In this document: positions 36,471-45,985 of the stretch, in pieces | Numbering within the stretch: position 1 is the stretch's first letter | Layout of the letters: each line of letters opens with the position of its first letter | Assembly: GCA_913041415.1 (NCBI GenBank) | Contig: CAJWHS010000002.1 | Coordinates: 17,994-81,993, forward strand | Source: an uncultured Acidimicrobiaceae bacterium | GTDB taxonomy: Bacteria > Actinomycetota > Acidimicrobiia > Acidimicrobiales > Aldehydirespiratoraceae | DNA: 64,000 nt | Reading direction: 5' to 3' | The notes under the pieces: generated by a model | Told to the model about the DNA's origin: nothing | The model's input: only the letters and a program-made list of their open reading frames with translations | Databases searched by the model: none | Translations under genes and position numbers: made by a program

Positions 36471-37133
36471 GTGGCCCGGCTCGGCGATCTCACGAACCCC
36501 GACGTAGGGGAGGGGCGCGTTCTCGTGCTGCCGGTTGGCGCCACGGAGCAACACGGCCCGCATCTGCCGCTCGACACCGACGCTGTCATCGCCCGCACGG
36601 TTGCTGAGTTGGCGGCCGGTCGAGTCGCCGCCGCAGTCGTCGCCCCGGCGATTGCGATCGGAGCCTCGGGCGAGCACGCCGGTTTCGCAGGAACGCTCTC
36701 GATCGGCACCGAGGTGTTGGCGGCGATGATCGTGGAGATCGTCCGCACCGCCGGTCCGGAGTTCGACCGCGTCGTCATCGTCAACGCCCACGGCGGCAAT
36801 CTCGACGCCGTCCGTTCCGCAGCGGCGACCTGCGAGTACGAAGGTCGACCGATCGGCGTGTGGCACGCCCGTCTCGACGACGCCGACGCCCATGCCGGTT
36901 CCATCGAGACGTCGGTCATGCTCGCCATCGATCCGCAACGGGTCCGGTTCGACCGAGCTGAGCCCGGCAACACCGCACCGCTGCGCGAGATCCTCGACGA
37001 TCTCCGCACCGGCGGCGTCGCAGCTGTCTCGCCCAACGGTGTGCTCGGCGATCCGACCGACGCCACGCCGGCCCGAGGTGAGGAGATCCTCGCCGGGTGG
37101 GTTCACGAGGTCGTCGCCCTTCTGGAATCATGA
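36471..37133 (+). CDS. mftE: Mycofactocin precursor peptidase MftE (creatininase family)
   Basis: VLVLPVGATEQHGPHLPLDTD..VIVNAHGGN. Confidence 0.8.
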   Translation: MARLGDLTNPDVGEGRVLVLPVGATEQHGPHLPLDTDAVIARTVAELAAGRVAAAVVAPAIAIGASGEHAGFAGTLSIGTEVLAAMIVEIVRTAGPEFDRVVIVNAHGGNLDAVRSAAATCEYEGRPIGVWHARLDDADAHAGSIETSVMLAIDPQRVRFDRAEPGNTAPLREILDDLRTGGVAAVSPNGVLGDPTDATPARGEEILAGWVHEVVALLES

Positions 37134-37137
37134 AGGC

Positions 37138-37923
37138 ATGAGTGAGCCCGTCGCGATCGTCACCGGAGCCGGACGCGGGATCGGTGCGGCCACCGTCGCC
37201 GCCCTCGTCGCCGACGGTTGGTGGGTCGCCGCCGTCGACCGGTGTTCGCCTCACCCGGCGATCGCCTACTCGATGGCCTCCTCGGACGACCTCGCCGACG
37301 TCGTGACGGCAGCCGATGGAAACGCTGCCGCCTTCGAAGCCGACGTATCGGTCGGCGCCGCAGTAGCGGAGGTTGTCACCTCGGTCACTGACGCACGTGG
37401 TCGGCTCGACGCCGTTGTTTGCGCAGCGGGGGTCGTTGCCGGTGGGTCGCCTGCCTGGGAGATCGACGACACCGAGTGGGACGCCGTCATCGGAACCGAC
37501 CTGACCGGAGTGTTCGCCACCGCCCGAGCCGCCGTTCCTGCGCTCCTCGCTGCACCGCACGGACGCATCGTCACCGTTGCGTCGGCTGCCGGCTCACTGG
37601 GATTACGCCACATGAGCCACTACGCCGCTGCCAAACACGGCGTCATCGGCTTCACCCGATCGCTCGCCGCCGATCTCGCCGGCACGGGCGTCACCGCCAA
37701 CGCCGTCTCGCCCGGCTCGACCATCACCGCCGGGCTCGACGAGTCGGCCCGCATCTACGGCCTCGAGTCCGTAGAGGCGTTCATCCGCCATCAAGAGCCA
37801 CTCGGTCGACTGATCGCCCCGGACGAGATCGCCGCTGCGATCGCCTGGCTGTGCAGCCCGGCGTCGTCGGCAATCACTGGTGCCGTGCTTCCCGTCGATG
37901 GTGGCATGACCGCCACCCCCTGA
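37138..37923 (+). CDS. Mycofactocin-coupled-type SDR oxidoreductase
   Basis: ATG 37138, 4 nt after mftE. VAIVTGAGRGIG..VDRCSPHPAIAYSMASSDDL insertion..YAAAKHG. Confidence 0.75.
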   Translation: MSEPVAIVTGAGRGIGAATVAALVADGWWVAAVDRCSPHPAIAYSMASSDDLADVVTAADGNAAAFEADVSVGAAVAEVVTSVTDARGRLDAVVCAAGVVAGGSPAWEIDDTEWDAVIGTDLTGVFATARAAVPALLAAPHGRIVTVASAAGSLGLRHMSHYAAAKHGVIGFTRSLAADLAGTGVTANAVSPGSTITAGLDESARIYGLESVEAFIRHQEPLGRLIAPDEIAAAIAWLCSPASSAITGAVLPVDGGMTATP

Positions 37924-37926
37924 GGC

Positions 37927-39027
37927 TCAGTCGGCGATCATCTCCTCGAGCAGCTCCTTGAAGCGGAACGCGTCGTCGGGATCGTCACTCCACGTTTCGG
38001 TTCCGAAGTGGACCGAGCGGTGGTGCACGCGGCTCATGATCGAGGCGTGACGAACGGCGTTGTAGACCATCTCGAAACGCAGGTCGCCGACGTCGACACC
38101 GCTGGCCTCGCCGTACTGCTCCCGCACGTCCTCGGGGCGCAGCATCGACGGCATCGTGTCAACCCCATACTTCTGCAGCACGAACTCGAAGAACGTGTGC
38201 ATGAAACACATCCAGCCGACGTCGAGGCCACGCGGGGCGATGCAGGCCATCTCCCAGTCGAGCACGGCCACCGGATTCACACCGTCGGACTCGTACATCA
38301 TGTTGCCGATGCGGCTGTCACCCCAGGAGATCCGCGACTCGGGCTCCAGGGCCGGCCAGTTGGCCTCCACCCACTCGAACGCTCGCTCGATCGTGGGGAA
38401 GCGCCGCCCAGCACCCTCGCAGGTCCACTCGTAGTAGGCCTTCTCGACGGCGAAATGGCGTCGCAGCGGCGTCTCGCCGAGGGCGGAGTCGTACTCCAGG
38501 AAGTCGGCCTTCCCGTCGCTGATATCGATCCCGTGGATGCCCGCTAGCGTGGCGACACTCGCCTTCTGAAGCGCCACCTGGTCGGCCGGTTCAAGATCGC
38601 GAACCCAGCCACCCATCGGGTAGGGCGGGATGTCGGGCGGCACCCGCCCGGCGACCTTGTGCATCACGAAGAACGGCTGGTCGAGGTGCGACGGATCGGT
38701 CTCCATCCAGGCGAGCGCCGGTACCGGCACGCTGCTCTGCCTGGCGACGAGATCGATCAGGTCGTACTGCTTCTGGAGGTCGTACGTCGGGAAGACCGGA
38801 ACATCGCTCGCGGCGGGTGCGCCCCGAGCAACGAACGAGCCGCTGCCCTCCTTCCACGTGGCGTCGAAGAAAAGCGATTCGCTCGACATGCCATTCGACT
38901 CCGGTGACGACACCGGTCCGATCACCGCGTCGGGGTCCTCGGTCGCAGCGACCAGCCACGCCTGCAGTCGGCCGCGCAACTCAGCGGGAGTTCTCGAGGT
39001 CTTGACGACGTTCATCTCATCGCTCAT
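37927..39027 (-). CDS. Phosphotransferase (APH/choline-kinase-like) family protein
   Basis: Start MSDEMNVVK at 39027. WGDSRIGNMMY..VLDWEM catalytic region. Confidence 0.7.
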   Translation of the reverse strand: MSDEMNVVKTSRTPAELRGRLQAWLVAATEDPDAVIGPVSSPESNGMSSESLFFDATWKEGSGSFVARGAPAASDVPVFPTYDLQKQYDLIDLVARQSSVPVPALAWMETDPSHLDQPFFVMHKVAGRVPPDIPPYPMGGWVRDLEPADQVALQKASVATLAGIHGIDISDGKADFLEYDSALGETPLRRHFAVEKAYYEWTCEGAGRRFPTIERAFEWVEANWPALEPESRISWGDSRIGNMMYESDGVNPVAVLDWEMACIAPRGLDVGWMCFMHTFFEFVLQKYGVDTMPSMLRPEDVREQYGEASGVDVGDLRFEMVYNAVRHASIMSRVHHRSVHFGTETWSDDPDDAFRFKELLEEMIAD

Positions 39028-39086
39028 GGCCGCACGGTAGCGACCGTTCTTGGTCTGCGTCGAAAGGCCGTGCCTAACGTTGTCCC

Positions 39087-40007
39087 ATGACGCACCACAC
39101 CACACCGGACGGAATCGCGTACGTCCGAACCCCGGACGAACGCTTCGTCGGCCTCGATGACTTCCCGTACGAGCCGAAATACGGGTCCGTCGACGGCCTG
39201 CGGATGGCCTACATCGACGAGGGGCCCGAGGATGCCCATCCGGTGGTGTTGCTTCACGGTGAGCCGTCCTGGAGCTATCTCTACCGTCGGATGATCCCGA
39301 CCCTCCTCGACGCCGGGTACCGGGTAGTCGCCCCGGACCTGATCGGCTTCGGTCGCTCGGACAAGCCGACCGACCCGGGGTACTACACCTACGCCCAGCA
39401 CGTCGCGAACATCGAGTTCTTCCTCGACGCGAACGTCCACGATCCCTGCACCCTCTTCGCCCAGGACTGGGGCGGCCTCATCGGCTTGCGACTGGTCGGG
39501 CTGCAGTCGGAGCGGTTCGCTCGGGTCGTCATCGGCAACACGGGCCTACCGGTCGGCGAATCGATCGGACCCGGCTTCGACTTCTGGCTGGCGTACAGCC
39601 AGGACTCCCAACTCGACGACATCGGTGCCCTATTTGGTCGAGCAGTCATGGGTCGTGAACTTACCGATCACGAGAAGGCCGCCTACGACGCACCGTTCCC
39701 CACCACTGATCACAAGGTCGGTGCCGTCGTCTTCCCGACCCTCGTTCCCATCACCGCCACGCACGCCGGCGTCGAGGAGAACCTTCGAGCCTGGCAGGGG
39801 CTCGAAATGTTCGACCGTCCCTTCCTCACGCTCTGGTGCCCGGAGGACCCGGTCCTCGGCCAACTGCATCACGAGTTCATCGAGCGGGTACCTGGTGCGG
39901 AAGGTCAGCCTCATCAGGAATTCATGCCCGGTGGACACTTCCTCCAGGATGACCAGGGCGAGGCGATCGCAGCCGCAATGATCAAGTGGATGGCGAGCGG
40001 AGCATAG
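39087..40007 (+). CDS. Haloalkane dehalogenase (alpha/beta hydrolase, HLD-I type)
   Basis: LRMAYIDEGP..LLHGEPSWSYLYRRMIP..DLIGFGRSDKP..QDWGGLIG. Confidence 0.8.
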   Translation: MTHHTTPDGIAYVRTPDERFVGLDDFPYEPKYGSVDGLRMAYIDEGPEDAHPVVLLHGEPSWSYLYRRMIPTLLDAGYRVVAPDLIGFGRSDKPTDPGYYTYAQHVANIEFFLDANVHDPCTLFAQDWGGLIGLRLVGLQSERFARVVIGNTGLPVGESIGPGFDFWLAYSQDSQLDDIGALFGRAVMGRELTDHEKAAYDAPFPTTDHKVGAVVFPTLVPITATHAGVEENLRAWQGLEMFDRPFLTLWCPEDPVLGQLHHEFIERVPGAEGQPHQEFMPGGHFLQDDQGEAIAAAMIKWMASGA

Positions 40008-40098
40008 GAGGGGCCCGTATTCGACCGCAGGGGAGAACGTTGGGTTACCAGTTTGTTTCGTCCCGAGATGAGTGTCAGGCGACCACTAGTTTCGACTT

Positions 40099-41526
40099 AT
40101 GGAGCCGCGGGAGGGGTTCTTCGACGAAATGTACGGCCTGGCTGGCAATGTCCGGGCGCCGTACCGCGCCTACGGGAACTGGTTTGCTGACGAGCAACCG
40201 AGGCGGCTGCTGGCTAAGACCGCCGAGGCCGAACGGGTCTTTCGTCGCACGGGCATTACTTTCAACGTCTACGGCGACGACGAGGCAGAAGAACGGCTAA
40301 TCCCGTTCGATATCGTCCCCCGGATACTCGGTGCTTCAGAGTGGGCCACGATCGAACGTGGCGTGCAGCAGCGGGTTCGGGCGCTCAACGCCTTCCTCCA
40401 CGACGTGTACCACCGGCGCGAGATCTTCAAAGCCGGTCGGATCCCGGTGGGGCTTGTCGCCGACAACGCAGCCTTCCTGCCGGTGATGCTTGGGCAATCG
40501 CCTCCGGGCGGTGTTTACACCCACATCGTCGGAGTCGACATCATCCGATCTGACGAGGGTCGCTTCATGGTGCTTGAGGACAACTGTCGGACCCCGTCTG
40601 GCGTTTCCTACATGCTCGAGAACCGAGAAACGATGATGCAGATGTTCCCGGAGTTGTTCGCCGGGCGGCGCATCCGTCCAGTCGGGGATTATCCGCAAAA
40701 CCTGCGGACGTCGCTTGAGGCGTCGGCCCCACCCGCCGCCGACGGGCCCGCTGTGCTTGCAGTCCTCACGCCCGGGATCCACAATGCGGCATATTTTGAA
40801 CACGCGTTCCTGGCCGACCAGATGGGAGCCGAACTTGTCGAGGCGAGGGATCTTGAGATCGTCGATGGTCGGGTCGCCATGCGCACTACCGAGGGGCCGC
40901 TGCGTATCGACGTGTTGTACCGACGGGTCGACGACGACTACCTCGATCCGCTGGTGTTCCGCCCCGACTCGGTACTCGGAGTACCTGGGATCATGGACGT
41001 TTATCGGGTCGGCGGAATCACGATCGCCAACGCCCCCGGCGGGGGAATCGCAGACGACAAGGCTATCTACAGCTATGTCCCTGAAATCATCGAGTTCTAC
41101 ACCGGCGAAAAACCGATCCTTGACAACGTCCCAACCTGGCGTTGCTCAGAGCCAGAGTCGTTGGGATACGTACTCGAACACCTAAGCGAGCTTGTGGTGA
41201 AGGAGGTTCATGGCTCGGGTGGGTACGGGATGCTCGTCGGCCCGGCTGCTTCGAAACGCGAACTACGGGAGTTTAGAAAGAAGCTCCAGACTCGACCGGC
41301 CAACTACATCGCGCAGCCCACCGTCGCCTTGTCGACGGTACCCGTGCTGACCAGGGCTGGGCTGGCGCCGCGCCATGTCGACCTCCGCCCGTTCGCCCTC
41401 GTTGCGCCCGGCCGAGTTCAGGTTAGTCCTGGTGGACTAACCCGAGTCGCCATGAAGAAAAACTCCCTCGTGGTGAATTCGAGCCAGGGCGGCGGCACGA
41501 AAGACACCTGGGTGGTAGACGACTGA
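40099..41526 (+). CDS. Circularly permuted ATP-grasp type 2 protein
   Basis: 475 aa. FRRTGITFNVYGDDEAEERLIPFD..LNAFLHDVYH. Confidence 0.8.
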   Translation: MEPREGFFDEMYGLAGNVRAPYRAYGNWFADEQPRRLLAKTAEAERVFRRTGITFNVYGDDEAEERLIPFDIVPRILGASEWATIERGVQQRVRALNAFLHDVYHRREIFKAGRIPVGLVADNAAFLPVMLGQSPPGGVYTHIVGVDIIRSDEGRFMVLEDNCRTPSGVSYMLENRETMMQMFPELFAGRRIRPVGDYPQNLRTSLEASAPPAADGPAVLAVLTPGIHNAAYFEHAFLADQMGAELVEARDLEIVDGRVAMRTTEGPLRIDVLYRRVDDDYLDPLVFRPDSVLGVPGIMDVYRVGGITIANAPGGGIADDKAIYSYVPEIIEFYTGEKPILDNVPTWRCSEPESLGYVLEHLSELVVKEVHGSGGYGMLVGPAASKRELREFRKKLQTRPANYIAQPTVALSTVPVLTRAGLAPRHVDLRPFALVAPGRVQVSPGGLTRVAMKKNSLVVNSSQGGGTKDTWVVDD

Positions 41527-42467
41527 TGCTGGGTCGCACGGCCGGGGGGCTCTACTGGATGTTTCGGTATCTCGAACGCAGCGAGAATATTGCCTGGCTG
41601 CTCGAAGCCGGGATGCGCATTGCATTGACGAACTCGTTGGAACTCGACGACGAGTGGGATTCAGTTCTTTTGACTGCTGGGCAACGGATGGCCTACGTCG
41701 AGAGACACGACGAGGTCGAACCGGCCGCAGTTATCGACTTCTTGTTGCGTGACCAACACAATCCGTCGAGCGTCCGCTCAGTAGTCGAGCTAGCCCGCAA
41801 CAACGCCCGTGAGGTCCGCACTGCGTTGACCCGCGAGGTGTGGGAGGCCACCAACGCCACCTGGCTCGCCGTCGCCGATGCTCTTCGAAGGCCGGTTCCC
41901 ACCCGCGATCTACCGCGAGTGCTGAGCTTGATTCGCCAGGAAAGTGCGTACGTCCGCGGCGCGCTGCACGGCACGATGCTGCGAAATGACATTTACAACT
42001 TCTCTCGGCTTGGGACCTTTCTTGAACGTGCGGACAACACCGCACGCATTCTTGACGTGAAGTACTACGTCCTGCTGCCGTCGCCGCTCGACGTAGGCGG
42101 TCAGCTCGACAACGCTCAGTGGGAAACAATTCTGCGCAGCGTCTCCGCTCAGCGGGCGTTTCGGTGGCGTAACGGCGGCAATGTGACCGCGTGGGGCATC
42201 GCTGACTTCTTGATCCTTGATCGTCAGATGCCAAGGTCGTTGTTGTTCTGCTACGAGCGTATTGACCGCAATCTTGCGCATCTGGCGACCGACTACGCCC
42301 AACAGCACAAAAGCCACGAGTTGTCCCACAACCTGCGGCTGCGGCTTGCCGATCGATCGATCGATGAGATCATCGAATACGGCCTCCACGAATTCTTGTC
42401 CGAGTGCATCCGAGCAGGCAACGAACTCGGCATATCCATTGAGCACGACTATCGGTTCGATTGCTGA
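41526..42467 (+). CDS. Alpha-E domain protein
   Basis: MLGRTAGGLYWMFRYLERSENIAWLL. Confidence 0.8.
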   Translation: MLGRTAGGLYWMFRYLERSENIAWLLEAGMRIALTNSLELDDEWDSVLLTAGQRMAYVERHDEVEPAAVIDFLLRDQHNPSSVRSVVELARNNAREVRTALTREVWEATNATWLAVADALRRPVPTRDLPRVLSLIRQESAYVRGALHGTMLRNDIYNFSRLGTFLERADNTARILDVKYYVLLPSPLDVGGQLDNAQWETILRSVSAQRAFRWRNGGNVTAWGIADFLILDRQMPRSLLFCYERIDRNLAHLATDYAQQHKSHELSHNLRLRLADRSIDEIIEYGLHEFLSECIRAGNELGISIEHDYRFDC

Positions 42468-43279
42468 TGCGGCTGTCAATTACTCATACGACGAAGTACC
42501 GGTTTGACGAGCCGGTGCCCTACGGGTTGCTCGAGCTTCGGCTCTGCCCCCGATCCGGCCCCACGCAGGATGTCGAGTGGTGGGACACGCAGATCTTGGC
42601 GGGGCAGCGCCAGGTTCGGTTCACTGACCACCACCGCAACGTTGTTGAGTTGGTCCGGGTCGAGCCCGGCGCAACTGAAACGATTGTGATTGCAACCGGC
42701 GATGTTGTTACCACCGACACCGCCGGTGTGATCGGCCCCGATCAGGGCGCTAACCCCCCATGGTTGTACGAACGCAGCACGAAGCTCACTGCTCCTGGCC
42801 CGAACGTCCGTCGGCTTGCACGGTCGGCCGATCGCGATGTTGCCGATCTTGATGTGCTCCACGGCTTGTCAGCCGCAGTTCGCGATGCGATCGACTACGT
42901 GCCGGGCATCACCGAGGTCGACACGCCGGCCGACGCCGTTCTCGAGGCCGCCAGCGGTGTCTGCCAGGACCATGCTCACGTCTTCGTCGCTGCGGCCCGA
43001 GTGCTTGGGTTCCCGGCGCGTTACGTGTCTGGCTACCTATTTGTCGAGGGAGGTCAGGAGGAAGCGAGCCATGCGTGGGCCGAGGTGTCGGTCGAGGGTC
43101 TTGGCTGGGTCGGGTTCGACATTGCTAACCAGATCTCTCCGGATAGGCGATACGTTTGCCTCGCTGTCGGGCTCGATTATCGCGAAGCGGCTCCGATATC
43201 CGGCGTGCGGCGAGGGGCTGGCGGTGAGACACTCGAGGTCGACGTTTCGGTAACCGAACAAGGGAGCGCCCAGCAATGA
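42467..43279 (+). CDS. Transglutaminase-like protein (Bact_transglu_N plus core)
   Basis: MRLSITHTTKYRF; GVCQDHAHVFVAAARVLGFPARYVSGY. The track start is 42461. ATG 42467 shares 1 nt with the upstream stop. Confidence 0.8.
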   Translation: MRLSITHTTKYRFDEPVPYGLLELRLCPRSGPTQDVEWWDTQILAGQRQVRFTDHHRNVVELVRVEPGATETIVIATGDVVTTDTAGVIGPDQGANPPWLYERSTKLTAPGPNVRRLARSADRDVADLDVLHGLSAAVRDAIDYVPGITEVDTPADAVLEAASGVCQDHAHVFVAAARVLGFPARYVSGYLFVEGGQEEASHAWAEVSVEGLGWVGFDIANQISPDRRYVCLAVGLDYREAAPISGVRRGAGGETLEVDVSVTEQGSAQQ

Positions 43280-44025
43280 CTTACTGCGTTGGGATGAAAC
43301 TCACTCGCGGTCTTATCTTCATGTCAGACACTCGCACCAACGCCGGCGTGGACAACATTTCGACGTTTACGAAGATGCATCAATGGACTGTGCCGGGGGA
43401 GCGGGTGATCACCGTTCTTTCCTCTGGCAACTTAGCAACCACCCAGGCGGTCATGTCAGTGCTCGACGAGCGAGCCAGTGCACCATTCGATTGCGGAACA
43501 TCGGTCCTCGAGACGTCAACGATGTTCCGGACGGCGGAGCTCATTGGTGAACGGCTTGCGGCGACGATCGCTCGCCATAAGGGCGAGGGCCAAACCGCAG
43601 AAAGCACGTTCGATGCGAAGCTGATCGTCGGTGGCCAGATCGCCGGAATGCCACCTCGTCTATTCCTCGTGTATCCCGAGGGAAACTTTATTGAGGCGAG
43701 CGAAGACACGCCCTTTCTCCAGATTGGTGAGAATAAGTACGGCAAGCCGATCCTGGTGCGTGCCTTTGACCCCGAGATGACGTTCGCTGAGGCCGTGAAA
43801 CTATTGCTTGTCTCGTTCGACTCCACGATCAAGGCGAACCTGTCGGTTGGTGCTCCCCTCGATGTTGTGTGGTTCGACAACGATGTCCTTGATGCGATCG
43901 AACCCCGGAGGATCGAGGCCGACAACCCTGACTGGCTCGCCGTCTCTGACGGCTGGGGCGACGCATTGAAGTCGGCATTTGGCTCGCTGCCCGACCCGAA
44001 TCTTGACGGCCTCTCCGGGCGCTGA
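43276..44025 (+). CDS. Anbu (ancestral beta-subunit) proteasome-like peptidase
   Basis: MTYCVGMKLTRGLIFMSDTRTNAG. ATGA overlap with the transglutaminase gene. Confidence 0.8.
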   Translation: MTYCVGMKLTRGLIFMSDTRTNAGVDNISTFTKMHQWTVPGERVITVLSSGNLATTQAVMSVLDERASAPFDCGTSVLETSTMFRTAELIGERLAATIARHKGEGQTAESTFDAKLIVGGQIAGMPPRLFLVYPEGNFIEASEDTPFLQIGENKYGKPILVRAFDPEMTFAEAVKLLLVSFDSTIKANLSVGAPLDVVWFDNDVLDAIEPRRIEADNPDWLAVSDGWGDALKSAFGSLPDPNLDGLSGR

Positions 44026-44040
44026 CCGTCGTTTCCAACC

Positions 44041-44358
44041 ATGAGTCGCTTCAGTTGTTTCATCCAAGAAGGCAGCACTGCCGCTGCGTCGACCGACGCA
44101 CTCGAGCAGCGGTTGCAGGCCCACCACGCTGACCACTTCGACGGTGAGTCATCGACGGTAGCGTTCGTGGTCGCGCCCACCGGCTACATGTTCACCGAGG
44201 GCAAGCAGAGCAGCTCGTCGGTGATCGCATGTGCAACCGCTCACACCACCACCCGACCTGAGCGGGAGACCTACATGCGCGGCATCTGCGACCTCTGGTC
44301 AGAGGTGACCGGATGCACCGGCCACGAGATCGTCGTCTCGGTCCCCGAGGCTGTCTAG
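44041..44358 (+). CDS. Hypothetical protein, tautomerase-fold-like, lacking Pro-1
   Basis: 105 aa. The C-terminal half, ETYMRGICDLWSEVTGCTGHEIVVSVPE, resembles tautomerase-family second halves. Confidence 0.45.
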   Translation: MSRFSCFIQEGSTAAASTDALEQRLQAHHADHFDGESSTVAFVVAPTGYMFTEGKQSSSSVIACATAHTTTRPERETYMRGICDLWSEVTGCTGHEIVVSVPEAV

Positions 44359-44367
44359 GAACCAGGA

Positions 44368-44753
44368 ATGCCCCTCTATCAAGCCAATATTCGTCCTGGC
44401 CTTCTCGATTTTGCCGGACGATCAGCCTTCTCGATCGACGTCGTCGAGGTGACTGTGGTGTCACAGGCGCCCCACCATCGTTCGTGCACGTGATGATCAC
44501 CGAGGATTCCGGATTGCTACCCGAAGGCCAGAACGGTCGGATCTCGATCACGATCCGAGCCGGCCGAACTGACGAACAGAAGTCCGAAATGCGGGAACGG
44601 CTCTCGGCGCTTCTGGCCCAGCGGGCCGGTGTCGATGCCACGACGATCTCAGCTACCTCGCGCGACATCGATGCGTCGTTCACGATGGAGGGCGGCGCGC
44701 TGCTGCCCGAGCCGGGTGCGGCCGAGGAAGCGGCCTGGAAGGCAGCGGGCTGA
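44368..44753 (+). pseudogene. Tautomerase-family gene (Pro-1 type) with a single-nucleotide frameshift
   Basis: Frame A reads MPLYQANIRPGLLDFAGRSAFSIDVVEVTVV and then stops at 44491-44493. Frame B continues ..VTGAPPSFVHVMITEDSG..RTDEQKSEMRERLSALL..AAG* to 44753. One missing G in the run near 44456-44460 would restore a 128-aa protein. Confidence 0.6.
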
Positions 44754-44839
44754 CCCACGCCCGAGAACCGATCTCAACGTGACCACGAGTGGGGCCGCTG
44801 GTACCTTTTCGACGTTCACCCGTGCCTTGAGGAGATCTG

Positions 44840-45952
44840 ATGAAGACCCGTGCTGCCGTTCTGCGAGAAACCGGCGCCGACTGGAGCGTCGAGGAGATCG
44901 AACTCGATGAACCTAAGGCTGGCGAGATCTTGGTCAGGACCACCGCTGCGGGTATGTGCCACTCCGACGAGCACGCTCACGACGGCACGATGCCGGTGCC
45001 GCTGCCGATTGTCGGCGGGCATGAGGGGGCCGGTGTGGTCATTGGTCTCGGTCCGGGCGTCACCGAGTTCGAGGTCGGCGACCACATCTCGTGCTCGTTT
45101 ATCCCGTCGTGTGGCAAGTGCACTTGGTGCGCTCGCGGCCAGCAGAACCTGTGTGACCTTGGCGCCCATCTGATGGAGCCCGGTATGATCGATGGCACGT
45201 TCCGTCATCACACGTCCGACGGCACCACGCTCACTCCGTTGCTGAAGCTCGGCACCTTCGCCGAGCACATGGTTCTGAGCGTTGACTCGGCCATCAAAGT
45301 CCAAAAAGACGTTCCCGCCGGTCCTGCTGCGCTCGTCAGCTGCGGCGTCACCACCGGCTACGGCTCGGCCGTGAACCGCGCCGAGGTCACCGCCGGCGAT
45401 ACCGTCGTGGTGGTCGGGTGTGGTGGTCTGGGTACCGCAGCGATTCAGGGCGCCAAGGTCGCGGGCGCAAAGAATATCGTCGCCATCGACCCGAGCGAGT
45501 TCAAGCGTGAGAGCGCTATGGAGTTCGGCGCCACTCACACTGCCCCGTCGATGGAGGAGGCTATGGAGCTGGTCGGTGGCCTCACCGAGGGCGTGCAGGC
45601 CGATTCGGTCATCCTTACGCCGTCAGTGCTCACCGGTGATCTCATTGCCCCGGCTCAGTTCCTGACCCGCAAGGGCGGCACGGTGGTCGCCACGGCGGTT
45701 GCTCCAGCTGCGCAGATGGATGTGCAGCTCAACCTCTTCATGTTCTCGATGATGAATCAGGAGCTGAAGGGATGCCTGTTCGGCTCCACCGCCCCGCGCA
45801 AGGAGATCCCACACCTGTTGTCGATGTACCAGGCCGGTCAGCTCAAGCTCGATGAAATGATCACCAACACTTACACCCTCGACCAGGTCAACGAGGGCTA
45901 CGCCGACATGATGGCGAACAAGAACATCCGCGGCGTCATCACCTTCGACTGA
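44840..45952 (+). CDS. Zn-dependent alcohol dehydrogenase of the NDMA-dependent / mycofactocin-associated type
   Basis: MKTRAAVLRETGADWSVEEIELDEPKAGEILVRTTAAGMCHSDEH..GGHEGAG..GCGGLG. Confidence 0.75.
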   Translation: MKTRAAVLRETGADWSVEEIELDEPKAGEILVRTTAAGMCHSDEHAHDGTMPVPLPIVGGHEGAGVVIGLGPGVTEFEVGDHISCSFIPSCGKCTWCARGQQNLCDLGAHLMEPGMIDGTFRHHTSDGTTLTPLLKLGTFAEHMVLSVDSAIKVQKDVPAGPAALVSCGVTTGYGSAVNRAEVTAGDTVVVVGCGGLGTAAIQGAKVAGAKNIVAIDPSEFKRESAMEFGATHTAPSMEEAMELVGGLTEGVQADSVILTPSVLTGDLIAPAQFLTRKGGTVVATAVAPAAQMDVQLNLFMFSMMNQELKGCLFGSTAPRKEIPHLLSMYQAGQLKLDEMITNTYTLDQVNEGYADMMANKNIRGVITFD

Positions 45953-45985
45953 CCCGCGGCGGCCGATCAGCGCCAGACTGCTTCC

